DNA of 64,000 bases. Origin: Eledone cirrhosa (Eukaryota). The position numbers and the translations under genes were made by a program. Below the pieces are notes generated by a model that was not told the origin of the DNA, did no database searches, and worked only from the letters and a program-made list of their open reading frames with translations. This document shows positions 11,726 through 22,700 of this stretch, one piece after another; position 1 is the stretch's first letter, and the number at the start of each line of letters is the position of its first letter. The stretch lies in contig OZ024743.1 of the NCBI GenBank assembly GCA_964016885.1, positions 377,084,001-377,148,000 of the forward strand, written 5' to 3'.

Positions 11726-13800
11726 GTGTTGTGTTGTGTTGTGTTGTGGTGTGTTGTGCTGTGTTGTGTTGTGGTGTGTTGTGGTGTGTTGTGTTGTGGT
11801 GTGTTGTGTTGTGTTGTGTTGTGCTGTGTTGTGTTGTGCTGTGTTGTGTTGTGGTGTGTTGTGGTGTGTTGTGTTGTGTTGTGTTGTGTTGTGTTGTGTT
11901 GTGTTGTGTTGTGTTGTGTTGTGGTGTGTTGTGCTGTGTTGTGGTGTGTTGTGGTGTGTTGTGTTGTGGTGTGTTGTGTTGTGGTGTGGTGTGGTGTGTT
12001 GTGTTGTGTTGTGTTGTGGTGTGTTGTGTTGTGTTGTGGTGTGTTGTGGTGTGTTGTGTTGTGTTGTGGTGTGTTGTGTTGTGTTGTGTTGTGCTGTGTT
12101 GTGTTGTGTTGTGCTGTGTTGTGTTGTGGTGTGTTGTGGTGTGTTGTGGTGTGTTGTGTTGTGGTGTGTTGTGTTGTGGTGTGGTGTGGTGTGTTGTGTT
12201 GTGTTGTGTTGTGGTGTGTTGTGTTGTGGTGTGTTGTGGTGTGTTGTGTTGTGTTGTGGTGTGTTGTGTTGTGTTGTGTTGTGCTGTGTTGTGTTGTGCT
12301 GTGTTGTGTTGTGGTGTGTTGTGGTGTGTTGTGGTGTGTTGTGTTGTGTTGTGTTGTGTTGTGTTGTGTTGTGTTGTGGTGTGGTGTGGTGTGGTGTGTT
12401 GTGTTGTGTTGTGTTGTGTTGTGGTGTGTTGTGTTGTGGTGTGGTGTGTTGTGTTGTGGTGTGTTGTGTTGTGTTGTGCTGTGTTGTGGTGTGTTGTGTT
12501 GTGTTGTGTTGTGCTGTGTTGTGTTGTGTTGTGCTGTGCTGTGTTGTGTTGTGCTGTGTTGTGTTGTGTTGTGGTTTGTTGTGGTGTGTTGTGTTGTGTT
12601 GTGTTGTGTTGTGTTGTGTTGTGGTGTGGTGTGGTGTGTTGTGTTGTGGTGTGTTGTGTTGTGGTGTGTTGTGGTGTGTTGTGGTGTGTTGTGTTGTGGT
12701 GTGTTGTGTTGTGTTGTGTTGTGTTGTGTTGTGCTGTGTTGTGGTGTGTTGTGTTGTGCTGTGCTGTGTTGTGGTGTGTTGTGTTGTGTTGTGTTGTGTT
12801 GTGTTGTGTTGTGTTGTGTTGTGTTGTGTTGTGTTGTGTTGTGTTGTGGTGTGGTGTGGTGTGGTGTGTTGTGTTGTGTTGTGTTGTGTTGTGTTGTGGT
12901 GTGGTGTGGCGTGGTGTGGTGTGGTGTGTTATGTTGTGTTGTGCTGTGTTGTGTTGTGTTGTGTTGTGGTGTGTTGTGTTGTGTTGTGTTGTGGTGTGGT
13001 GTGTTGTGTTGTGTTGTGTTGTGTTGTGTTGTGTTGTGTTGTGTTGTGTTGTGGTGTGGTGTGGTGTGTTGTGTTGTGTTGTGTTGTGTTGTGTTGTGTT
13101 GTGTTGTGTTGTGTTGTGTTGTGTTGTGTTGTGTTGTGTTGTGTTGTGTTGTGTTGTGGTGTGGTGTGGTGTGGTGTGGTGTGGTGTGGTGTGTTGTGTT
13201 GTGTTGTGTTGTGTTGTGTTGTGTTGTGTTGTGTTGTGTTGTGTTGTGTTGTGTTGTGTTGTGCTGTGCTGTGCTGTGCTGTGCTGTGCTGTGCTGTGCT
13301 GTGTTGTGTTGTGTTGTGTTGTGTTGTGTTGTGTTGTGTTGTGTTGTGTTGTGTTGTGTTGTGTTGTGTTGTGGTGTGGTGTGGTGTGGTGTGGTGTGGT
13401 GTGTTGTGTTGTGTTGTGTTGTGTTGTGTTGTGTTGTGTTGTGTTGTGTTGTGTTGTGCTGTGCTGTGCTGTGCTGTGCTGTGTTGTGTTGTGTTGTGTT
13501 GTGTTGTGTTGTGTTGTGTTGTGTTGTGTTGTGTTGTGGTGTGGTGTGGTGTGGTGTGGTGTGGTGTGGTGTGGTGTGGTGTGGTGTGGTGTGGTGTGTT
13601 GTGGTGTGTTGTGGTGTGTTGTGGTGTGTTGTGTTGTGTTGTGTTGTGGTGTGGTGTGGTGTGGTGTGGTGTGTTGTGTTGTGGTGTGTTGTGTTGTGGT
13701 GTGTTGTGGTGTGTTGTGGTGTGTTGTGTTGTGTTGTGTTGTGTTGTGGTGTGTTGTGTTGTGTTGTGGTGTGTTGTGTTGTGTTGTGTTGTAATGTGTT
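11726..13800. repeat. ~2.07-kb pentanucleotide array (GTGTT)n with GTGGT/GTGCT variants
   Basis: About 415 five-bp units in unbroken register; source of the 687-790 aa C/V/L/W pseudo-ORFs. Confidence 0.97.
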
Positions 13801-13905
13801 GTGATGTGTCTGTGTGTGTGTGTGTGTGTGTCTTATTGATTGTTAAACCAGATGGTGAGTGTAATAACTACATACACACAACAGCAAACACACACACATA
13901 CGTTG

Positions 13906-13958
<53 letters not shown>

Positions 13959-14484
13959 AATGAATGCGTATTTATATCATATATATGCGTTCGTCAATGT
14001 GTATGTATGTATAAATGAATGTATGTGTGCATGTATGTATGAATGCATATATAAATATATATGTGTGTGCGTGTGTGTAGGTGTGCGTGTGTGTGTGTGC
14101 GCGTGCGCGTGTGTGCGTATATGTGTGTATGTGTGTATGTGTGTGGGTGGGTGTATGTGTGTATGTATGTGTGTGTTCGTTGTTCACAAATTAACGCAAG
14201 TTTTATGGGAGTTTGTTTACTTCACCCTTTTTTAGAATAAAATCTTAAACAAGGTGTGTAAAATTTATATCATTTTAAAGATTATTTTATGCTCTTTCTT
14301 TTTATGTAATGGATATCAATAGCATTTTTGCCAATTTTCAAATCTTTGAAGTTAAAATGTCAAGACAAGATTTTCGCCAAATTTATTTGTATAAGTTTAA
14401 ACTCGGCTGCAGTGATGCACAACCAGCGAGAAACATCAATGAAGTTTAGAACCACGGAAGTGTTAATGAATGCACAGTGCGACT

Positions 14485-14510
14485 TTCTTCTTCTTCTTCT
14501 TCTTCTTCTT

Positions 14511-14541
<31 letters not shown>

Positions 14542-14665
14542 GTGTTATGCCCACTTATTCCTCAGACTTATTCCTTCCAGCGAGCCCTGTCAGAAGCAAC
14601 CATCTCCAACTGATCCGGGCTGGATCTCCAAGCGAGCCCAGCCAAGATCATACATACTCTGTCGC
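14485..14665 (-). mobile_element. RTE-clade LINE 3' end with (GAA)n tail
   Basis: Minus strand encodes DLGWARLEIQP, similar to the LGWSRLRIQP at 62.1 kb; (TTC)n tail at 14485-14540. Confidence 0.6.
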
Positions 14666-14759
14666 TTATCAATCACTGTCTGGGGGTGAATCTAGTTAGA
14701 CGAAAGCCACAGCAGTACTCCTAGAAAGAAAAGCTGACTAACTTTAACACGGAGTCCGA

Positions 14760-14966
14760 GTAAGGATGGCGTCGTATCTGCTGTTGATGACTTTTTTTCT
14801 TACCAACAGAATGAATGCTTCTTGACCAATGGGATCCAAGCACTTCAATGTCGATGGAAGAAGTGTGTGGACCACGTGGGGGACAATGTGGAAGAATAAA
14901 CCTCATCTTGTCACATTCCATGACAGTATCTTGGTCAGCCTATGAACTCTTCAGTTGATCTTCGTA
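14760..14966 (+). mobile_element. Tc1/mariner transposon 3' fragment
   Basis: Encodes FLTNGIQALQCRWKKCVDHVGDNVEE* (mariner transposase C-terminus; stop 14897-14899). Ends with TIR-like gaactcttcagttgatcttcg followed by TA. Confidence 0.8.
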
Positions 14967-15256
14967 TAAGGATATGTTATTAAATACGATAGCTAATAAG
15001 CTTGAAACTAGTACATCGTTCCTTTGTCAGTGTGGAACAAAAAGGACAACGATGGTTGCTAAACACTGTACGGCTTAATTTGGGATGTTTGTTTGCTTAC
15101 AAACAAACCGAGCATTATAATAAATGTTCGGTAAATCCATACGTATATATATATATATGTGCATGTATGTATATATATATACATACTACTGTACGTCTGT
15201 ATACATATATGTATGTACGTATACATACTTATATATATATATATATATATATATAG

Positions 15257-15660
15257 TGACGAAACATAAGTCAATTGCATGAACTCATAATCCTTTATTT
15301 ACTGCTATATATATTTCGATAGTAGCCATTGAATGGATATGACCTCATCAGGCAGTTAGTCAGTTCTTAGATATGCCAGCTCTGTATTTTTGGTGTTGAT
15401 GGTTTCAGAGCCTTGGGACATATGAGCTTGTTAGGGATAATTTAATGTTGTCAGCAGAAATAATCTTAATTCTCATTGGTCAGTTTGTAGATAGGTTGGT
15501 GTTTGACCTCAAAGAGGTAGGTGGTGTTGTAAAGTTCAAACTGTCAGGCAAGATGACAATAGTTCCATATGACTGATTTTCACAAAAAGCATTCCTGGTC
15601 AGATATATATTCAATTGAGGTTTATAGTATGAAATTCGATACTACAGGTCATTCTAAATT
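15257..15660 (-). mobile_element. Degenerate Penelope-like 3' end/pLTR
   Basis: Carries a hammerhead motif; a frameshifted YKPQLNI remnant near 15610-15630 resembles the PLE GIY-YIG C-terminus; TA flanks. Confidence 0.5.
15301..15356 (-). ncRNA. Type I hammerhead ribozyme motif
   Basis: ACUGC-CUGAUGA-[imperfect stem II GGU..CCAU-UCA-AUGG..AUC]-GAAA-UAUAUA-UA-GCAGU; 5-bp stem I. Confidence 0.7.
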
Positions 15661-15932
15661 GAGGAATTTATGTGGGGTGGTACTACTGAAAATTATGGTT
15701 AGAGTCAAATACTTAGAAAGTTTACATATAAAAAGACTTATGTTGGTTGATTTGCACATACACTCACACCCACCCCCACAGACACACACACACACATCCA
15801 CATCAAACAAATTGGGGAATTATGTGGGGTGGTAATACTGAAAATTATGGTTAAAGTCAAATACTTAGAAAGCTTACAAATAAAAAGACTTATGTTGGTT
15901 GACTTGTACATACACTCACAGCTACCCCCACA

Positions 15933-15935
<3 letters not shown>
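15655..15935. repeat. Direct duplication of ~130 bp, ~152-bp period
   Basis: tatgtggggtggta..ctgaaaattatggtta..gtcaaatacttagaaag...cccccacagaca occurs twice. Confidence 0.9.
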
Positions 15936-16022
<87 letters not shown>

Positions 16023-16360
16023 ATATTGACCAACATATGAACTTCTGACTTTATCATATAGCATGTATTCATTTTCTACTAGCATCGCAAGTAGAAAATG
16101 AATGCATCGCTAGTGAGGTAGAAATTCACATTACATACACACACACAAAGCATATGCAGCATACACGTATATATATATATATAAATATATATATATATTG
16201 TTATACTTTGGGAGGGTCATGTTGCCAATAAGAAACACACGCACCAGTTGCTTTCACTTCAATTTATTATATATTTATAAATTTATAAATTTACAAATTT
16301 ACAAACTTATAAATTTCTGGTTGGTTGGTTGGTTCCACAACCAGATAGTTGTTTATATAT

Positions 16361-16405
16361 AGTCATAGTCCTTTCGTCACACACTCTGTGACCTCTTCAG
16401 TGACT
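16361..16405 (-). ncRNA. Minimal type I hammerhead ribozyme (left inverted pLTR)
   Basis: Exact reverse complement of 18147-18191. Confidence 0.8.
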
Positions 16406-16910
16406 GGGGATTCCTTTCTTCGTTTCTGTGCCTTTCCTTTCTTCTATCCTACGCCATTTTGTTTCTGTGTGTGTGTTGTGTGCTCAGTTTGCGCATGCGC
16501 CACATCCGGGTGTCTGTGTGTGTTTGTGTTCATTTTTCTATTTGTTTATTTATTTATTTATTTATTGTTGGTTGGTTGTTTGTTCTATGTGTGTGTGTGT
16601 TTTCATTTTGTCCTGTGTGTGTTTTCATTTTGTGTGTGTTTTCATTTTGTCCTTAATTGTAAGTTGTTTGTTCTATGTGTGTGTGTGTTTTCATTTTGTC
16701 CTTAATTGTAAGTTGTGATGTTGCTGTTCCACTCATATTTTCTATTTAATTTTGGTTTTAATTCTTTTATGCTTACTGCCTCTGTAATTTGCCTAAACAT
16801 TGCGTCTTTTCTGTGTGTGGATTCTATTTTTATTTCTATGCTATCTAATCTACCCCTGTGTTCTATCTTAGCATGTTGGTAGAGCACAGATGATTCTTTA
16901 TTATCTTGGA

Positions 16911-17850
16911 TACCATTAACAACCAAAAACAAATCCTCCATTCCCATTATGCCAAACCCATGACTTCCAAACATCTGATCCACCGAAACTCGGCCATTTC
17001 GGACCATACCAAAATCAACATACTGATTGCGGATTTGGTACGGGTGATGAGAAATGTGTCCCGCATGTGCAACCCCGAAGAACTAGAGAGACACATACAA
17101 CACTTCATCCACCGTATGCAGTTCTCTGGCTACAATCAGAGAGATAGAATCAGAGTGTATAAAGGAGCCAGAACCAAATGGGAAAAAATGGTAAATAATG
17201 ACATAAATGGGACCTGCCCTTTGTATAGGAGCAAATTTTGGAATAGAATAGAAAGAACTAGGAACAAGGCCAATAGAATAAACTCATGGTATGATAGCAA
17301 TAAATACCAGAGTGTAATGTTCATCAATACAACCCCTAGAGGCGAACTAGCCTACAAATTTAGAAGGGCCCTAAATAAACATAATCTCAATATTAAGATA
17401 GTAGAAAGACCTGGTACCTCCGTAAAAACACTTATTAGCAAGACATACCCGTTCCAAAGACCCTCATGTATAGATAAGAAATGTATAACCTGTAAAATAA
17501 GCCCCCATATTAACTGTAAAACTAGAAATGTAGTGTATAGCATAAGATGTACTGAAGGACAATGTAGAAACAAAAATATAGTGTACATAGGTGAGACAGC
17601 TCGTAGTATAGGGGAACGAATAAATGAACACTGGCGAGACCTCCAAGATAATAAAGAATCATCTGTGCTCTACCAACATGCTAAGATAGAACACAGGGGT
17701 AGATTAGATAGCATAGAAATAAAAATAGAATCCACACACAGAAAAGACGCAATGTTTAGGCAAATTACAGAGGCAGTAAGCATAAAAGAATTAAAACCAA
17801 AATTAAATAGAAAATATGAGTGGAACAGCAACATCACAACTTACAATTAA
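16911..17850 (+). CDS. Penelope-like polyprotein C-terminal part (RT thumb, Cys-rich linker, GIY-YIG endonuclease), 5'-truncated
   Basis: Motifs HYAKP..SKHLIH..SA, FSGY, CxxxxCxxC..C, NVVYSIRC..C, YIGETARS..ER..EH, EA..I...KPKLN. Open frame without stops. Confidence 0.9.
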
Positions 17851-18042
17851 GGACAAAATGAAAACACACACACACATAGAACAAACAACTTACAATTAAG
17901 GACAAAATGAAAACACACACAAAATGAAAACACACACAGGACAAAATGAAAACACACACACACATAGAACAAACAACCAACCAACAATAAATAAATAAAT
18001 AAATAAACAAATAGAAAAATGAACACAAACACACACAGACAC

Positions 18043-18100
18043 CCGGATGTGGCGCATGCGCAAACTGAGCACACAACACACACACAGAAACAAAATGGCG
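18043..18100 (+). promoter_or_regulatory. Putative pLTR Pol II promoter motifs (ETS-like CCGGATGT, NRF1-like GCGCATGCGC, YY1-like CAAAATGGCG)
   Basis: Three consensus-like motifs within 60 bp of an AT-rich pLTR; function is inferred only. Confidence 0.45.
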
Positions 18101-18146
18101 TAGGATAGAAGAAAGGAAAGGCACAGAAACGAAGAAAGGAATCCCC

Positions 18147-18191
18147 AGTCACTGAAGAGGTCACAGAGTGTGTGACGAAAGGACTATGACT
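18147..18191 (+). ncRNA. Minimal type I hammerhead ribozyme in Penelope pLTR
   Basis: AGUCA-CUGAAGA-G-GUCACA-gagug-UGUGAC-GAAA-GGAC-UA-UGACU; stem I 5 bp, stem II 6 bp; predicted cleavage after 18186. Confidence 0.82.
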
Positions 18192-18725
18192 ATATATAAA
18201 CAACTATCTGGTTGTGGAACCAACCAACCAACCAGAAATTTATAAGTTTGTAAATTTGTAAATTTATAAATTTATAAATATATAATAAATTGAAGTGAAA
18301 GCAACTGGTGCGTGTGTTTCTTATTGGCAACATGACCCTCCCAAAGTATAACAATATCGGTTTCAACACACGATTTCAGATAAAGAATCTTGCTAAACAA
18401 ATTCAGAAACGAAATATATATATATATATATATAAACTATAATAAAGTAAGGAGCACGGACTGCGAACCGTTTATAATTTTTTATCCCATTAGTAAAATA
18501 AGTTGGATTACTTTGAATAAATAATGAATGAATATTACATAATTTATCTACTAAATTTCGTGGCCGTTCATTAAATATATTTTATTGTTTATTTAAAGAT
18601 TCACTTCTTTAAAATTTTCAAATGTTAACACTTACGGTTAGCGATCGCTTAATAAACATACATATATTTTCGTCACTAATGTTCTCCTAATGCAGTTTGT
18701 ATATAATATCGTCTTTTTTTAATGT

Positions 18726-18816
18726 ATTACGTTACTGATTACATTACTGATTACGTTACTAATTACGTTACTGATTACGTTACTGATTACATTACTGATT
18801 ACGTTACTGATTACAT
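18726..18816. repeat. 12-bp minisatellite (ttactgattacg) x ~7
   Basis: Direct reading. Confidence 0.9.
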
Positions 18817-19114
18817 AAGACGGTGTAATACAGTCTTCGCTCAATTTCTGTGTATATTGTTATTTACGGTTTTATTTGATGTATTATAGTTACATGCATA
18901 TATACTTGCGTATAATATCAATATACACACTACACATGCTAGCAGAAAACCACCCGAATGGTGGTTTTTCTGCTAATATTTAGTATATTGGGAATCAATC
19001 GAAGTTGTAGCTGTCATATAGCAGGTAATAATCGAGTTATTTATAGGGTTTGTGGTTTTTCTCACATATATCTATATATGTGTGTGTTTGTGTGTGTGTG
19101 GGGGGGGGGGGGGG

Positions 19115-19330
19115 GTGAGAAAAACCACAAACCCTCCATCTCAATTCTACTTTTGAAAAGCAGAAGAACTGCGAAACCGGTAAAGGAACCAAATAAATAT
19201 ATATATATGTTTTTTGTTAAAAAGACTCCAGATGCATTTTCGATTTCATCGTTTTTCCTTATACATTCACTCTTGTAGGACACTTCGTTTCTTTTTTTCA
19301 TTTTGTAAATAAATCTCACTTTCTAATATA
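19115..19330 (+). mobile_element. ~215-bp non-coding dispersed element with variant hammerhead, copy 1
   Basis: Aligns end to end with 61257-61470 and shares both boundaries; its first 21 bp also occur inverted at 19045-19065. Confidence 0.8.
19148..19187 (+). ncRNA. Hammerhead ribozyme motif, U3-A8 core variant
   Basis: UACUU-UUGAAAA-GCAG-aagaa-CUGC-GAAA-CCGG-UA-AAGGA; perfect stem II and palindromic ACCGGU stem III. Confidence 0.65.
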
Positions 19331-19334
19331 TGTA

Positions 19335-19537
19335 AAATTCCCGAGATCCATGGACGAGTTCTCTCCAGCGGTCTCTGTCCCTCATTATCGCTGCCATATC
19401 CTGCATCTCCAACAGACCAGTGTCTGTCCTTAGGGCATCAACATATGTTAACCTTGGTCTTCCTCTTCTAGTGTGTCCATGTAGGGGCTCCCAAGGGAGC
19501 ACTGAGTGCAATGTCAACTCTGGATGTCGGTGAGCAA
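19335..19537 (-). mobile_element. RTE-clade LINE 3' fragment
   Basis: Encodes LPWEPLHGHTRRGRPRLTYVDALRTDTGL...MRDRDRWRELV, the typical RTE ORF C-terminus. Confidence 0.8.
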
Positions 19538-19539
19538 TG

Positions 19540-19571
<32 letters not shown>

Positions 19572-19745
19572 TGCACGTTCATATGCGCGTGTGTGTGTAT
19601 GTATGTATTTTTTATTTGTTTTGTTCAATTGGTAATACTGTAATATATATACTTTAAATATATTACCGGAGTGTACAACACGGCAATCCACGCCTCTGTC
19701 ACTTAGCGGAGGACGACATTATGGCGTCTCCTTACCATTCTAACA

Positions 19746-22700
19746 CTCGTCATTAACTACTGGCCATAATGAGATGTGTCTCTGGCCAATAGTGGCCTTA
19801 TCATACAGTAGTATGCGTAATGTTGTGTGTCCCTAACCATTGTGGCCTCGTCATTCAGTAGTGGAAATAATGTAGTGTGTGTTGGCTATTGTAGTCTCGT
19901 CATTCAGTAGTGGACATAATGTAGTGTGTGTTGGTTATTGTAGTCTCGTCATTCAGTAGTGGACATAATGTAGTGTGTGTTGGTTATTGTAGTCTCGTCA
20001 TTCAGTAGTGGGCATAATACAGTCTGTGTTGGTTATTGTAGTCTCGTCATTCAGTAGTGGACATAATGTACTGTGTGTTGGCTATTGTAGTCTCGTCATT
20101 CAGTAGTGGACATAATGTAGTCTGTGTTGGTTATTGTAGTCTCGTCATTCAGTAGTGGACATAATGTAGTCTGTGTTGGCTATTGTAGTCTCGTCATTCA
20201 GTAGTGGACATAATTTAATGTGTGTTGGCTATTGTAGTCTCGTCATTCAGTAGTGAACATAATGTAGTGTGTGTTAGCTATTGTAGTCTCGTCATTCAGT
20301 AGTGGACATAATGTAGTGTGTGTTGGCTATTGTAGTCTCGTCATTCAGTAGTGGACATAATGTAGTCTGTGTTGGCTATTGTAGTCTCGTTATTCAGTAG
20401 TGGACATAATGTAGTCTGTGTTGGTTATTGTAGTCTCGTCATTCAGTAGTGGACATAATGTAGTGTGTGTTGGCTATTGTGGCCTCGTCATTCAGTAGTG
20501 GACATAATGTAATGTGTGTTGACTATTGTAGTCTCGTCGTTCAGTAGTGGACATAATGTAGTGTGTGTTAGCTATTGTAGTCGCGTCATTCAGTAGTGGA
20601 CATAATGTAGTGTGTGTTGGCTATTGTGGCCTCGTCATTCAGTAGTGGACATAATGTAGTGTGTGTTGGCTATTGTAGTCTGGTCATTCAGTAGTGGACA
20701 TAATGTAGTGTGAGTTGGCTATTGTAGTCTCGTCATTAAGTAGTGGACATAACGTAGTGTGTGTTGGCTATTGTAGTCTCGTCATTCTGTAGTGGACATA
20801 ATGTAGTGTGTGTTGGCTATTGTAGTCTCGTCATTAAGTAGTGGACATAACGTAGTCTGTGTTGGCTATTGTAGTCTCGTCATTCAGTAGTGGACATAAT
20901 GTAGTGTGTGTTGGCTATTGTAGTCTCGTCATTAAGTAGTGGACATAACGTAGTGTGTGTTGGCTATTGTAGTCTCGTCATTCTGTAGTGGACATAATGT
21001 AGTGTGTGTTGGCTATTGTAGTCTCGACATTCAGTAGTGGACATAAGGTAGTCTGTGTTGGCTATTGTAGTCTGGTCATTCAGTAGTGGACATAATGTAG
21101 TGTGTGTTGGCTATTGTAGTCTCGTCATTAAGTAGTGGACATAACGTAGTGTGTGTTGGCTATTGTAGTCTCGTCGTTCAGTAGTGGACATAATGTAGTG
21201 TGTGTTGGCTATTGTAGTCTCGTCATTCAGTAGTGGACATAATGTAGTGTGTGTTGGATATTGTAGTCTCGTCATTCAGTAGAGGACATAATGTAGTGTG
21301 TGTTGGCTATTGTAGTCTCGTCATTCAGTAGAGGACATAATATAGTGTGTGTTGGTTATTGTAGTCTCGTCATTCAGTAGTGGACATAATGTAGTGTGTG
21401 TTGGCTATTGTAGTCTCGTCATTCAGTAGTGGACATAATGTAGTCTGTGTTGGCTATTGTAGTCTCGTCATTCAGTAGTGGACATAATGTAGTGTGTGTT
21501 GGCTATTGTAGTCTCGTCATTCAGTAGTGGACATAATGTAATCTGTGTTGGCTATTGTAGTCTCGTCATTCAGTAGTGGACATAATGTAATCTGTGTTGG
21601 CTATTGTAGACTCCTCATTCAGTAGTGGACATAATGTAGTCTGTGTTGACTATTGTGGCCTCGTCATTCAGTAGTGGACATAATGTAGTGTGTGTTGGCT
21701 ATTGTAGTCTCGTCATTCAGTAGTGGACATAATGTAGTCTGTGTTGGCTATTGTAGTCTCGTCATTCAGTAGTGGACATAATGTAGTCTGTGTTGGCTAT
21801 TGTAGTCTCGTCATTCAGTAGTGGACATAATGTAGTGTGTGTTGGCTATTGTAGTCTCGTCATTCAGTAGTGGACATAATGTAGTGTGTGTTGGCTATTG
21901 TAGTCTCGTCATTCAGTAGTGGACATAATGTAGTGTGTGTTGGCTATTGTAGTCTCGTCATTCAGTAGTGGACATAATGTAGTGTGTGTTGGCTATTGTA
22001 GTCTCGTCATTCAGTAGTGGACATAATGTAGTGTGAGTTGGCTATTGTAGACTCGTCGTTCAGTAGTGGACATAATGTAATCTGTGTTGGCTATTGTAGT
22101 CTCATCATTCAGTAGTGGACATAATGTAGTCTGTGTTGGCTATTGTAGTCTCGTCATTCAGTAGTGGACATAATGTAGTCTGTGTTGGCTATTGTAGTCT
22201 CGTCATTCAGTAGTGGACATAATGTAGTGTGTGTGTTGGCCATTGTAGTCTCGTCATTCAGTAGTGGACATAATGTAGTGTCTGTTGGCTATTGTCGACT
22301 CGTCATTCAGTAGTGGACATAATGTAGTGTGTGTGTTGGCTATTGTAGTCTCGTCATTCAGTAGTGGACATAATGTAGTCTGTGTTGGCTATTGTGGCCT
22401 CGTCATTCAGTAGTGGACATAATGTAGTCTGTGTTGGCTATTGTAGTCTCGTCATTCAGTAGTGGACATAATGTAGTCTGTGTTGGCTATCGTAGTCTCG
22501 TCATTCAGTAGTGGACATAATGTAGTCTGTGTTGGCTATTGTAGTCTCCTCATTCAGTAGTGGACATAATGTAGTGTGTGTTGGCTATTGTAGTCTCGTC
22601 ATTCAGTAGTGGACATAATGTAGTCTGTGTTGGCTATTGTAGTCTCGTCATTCAGTAGTGGACATAATGTAGTCTGTGTTGGCTATCGTAGTCTCGTCAT

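Larger units (their letters stand above)
16195..18415 (+). mobile_element. Penelope-like retroelement, 5'-truncated, with inverted pseudo-LTR and 3' tail, inserted in (TA)n
   Basis: 16195-16910 is the reverse complement of 17642-18357 (716 bp). Internal RT-thumb/GIY-YIG ORF, hammerhead in each arm, TA runs on both sides. Confidence 0.92.

Noticed and set aside
11646-14018. 687-790 aa Cys/Val-rich ORFs
   Set aside because: Translations of the (GTGTT)n array, open in all three frames because the repeat lacks stop codons.
16702-17007. 101-aa minus-strand ORF ending in a GIY-YIG C-terminus
   Set aside because: Chimeric read-through across the inversion junction at 16910, not a separate gene.
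19725-19745. Minus-strand splice donor (atg|gtaagg) at the left edge of the satellite
   Set aside because: All upstream frames are closed within ~30 nt and there is no supporting acceptor.
19846-19900. Hammerhead-like CUGAAUGACGAGAC on the minus strand of the 49-bp monomer
   Set aside because: There is no GAAA and no stem II partner in the monomer, so the fold cannot form.
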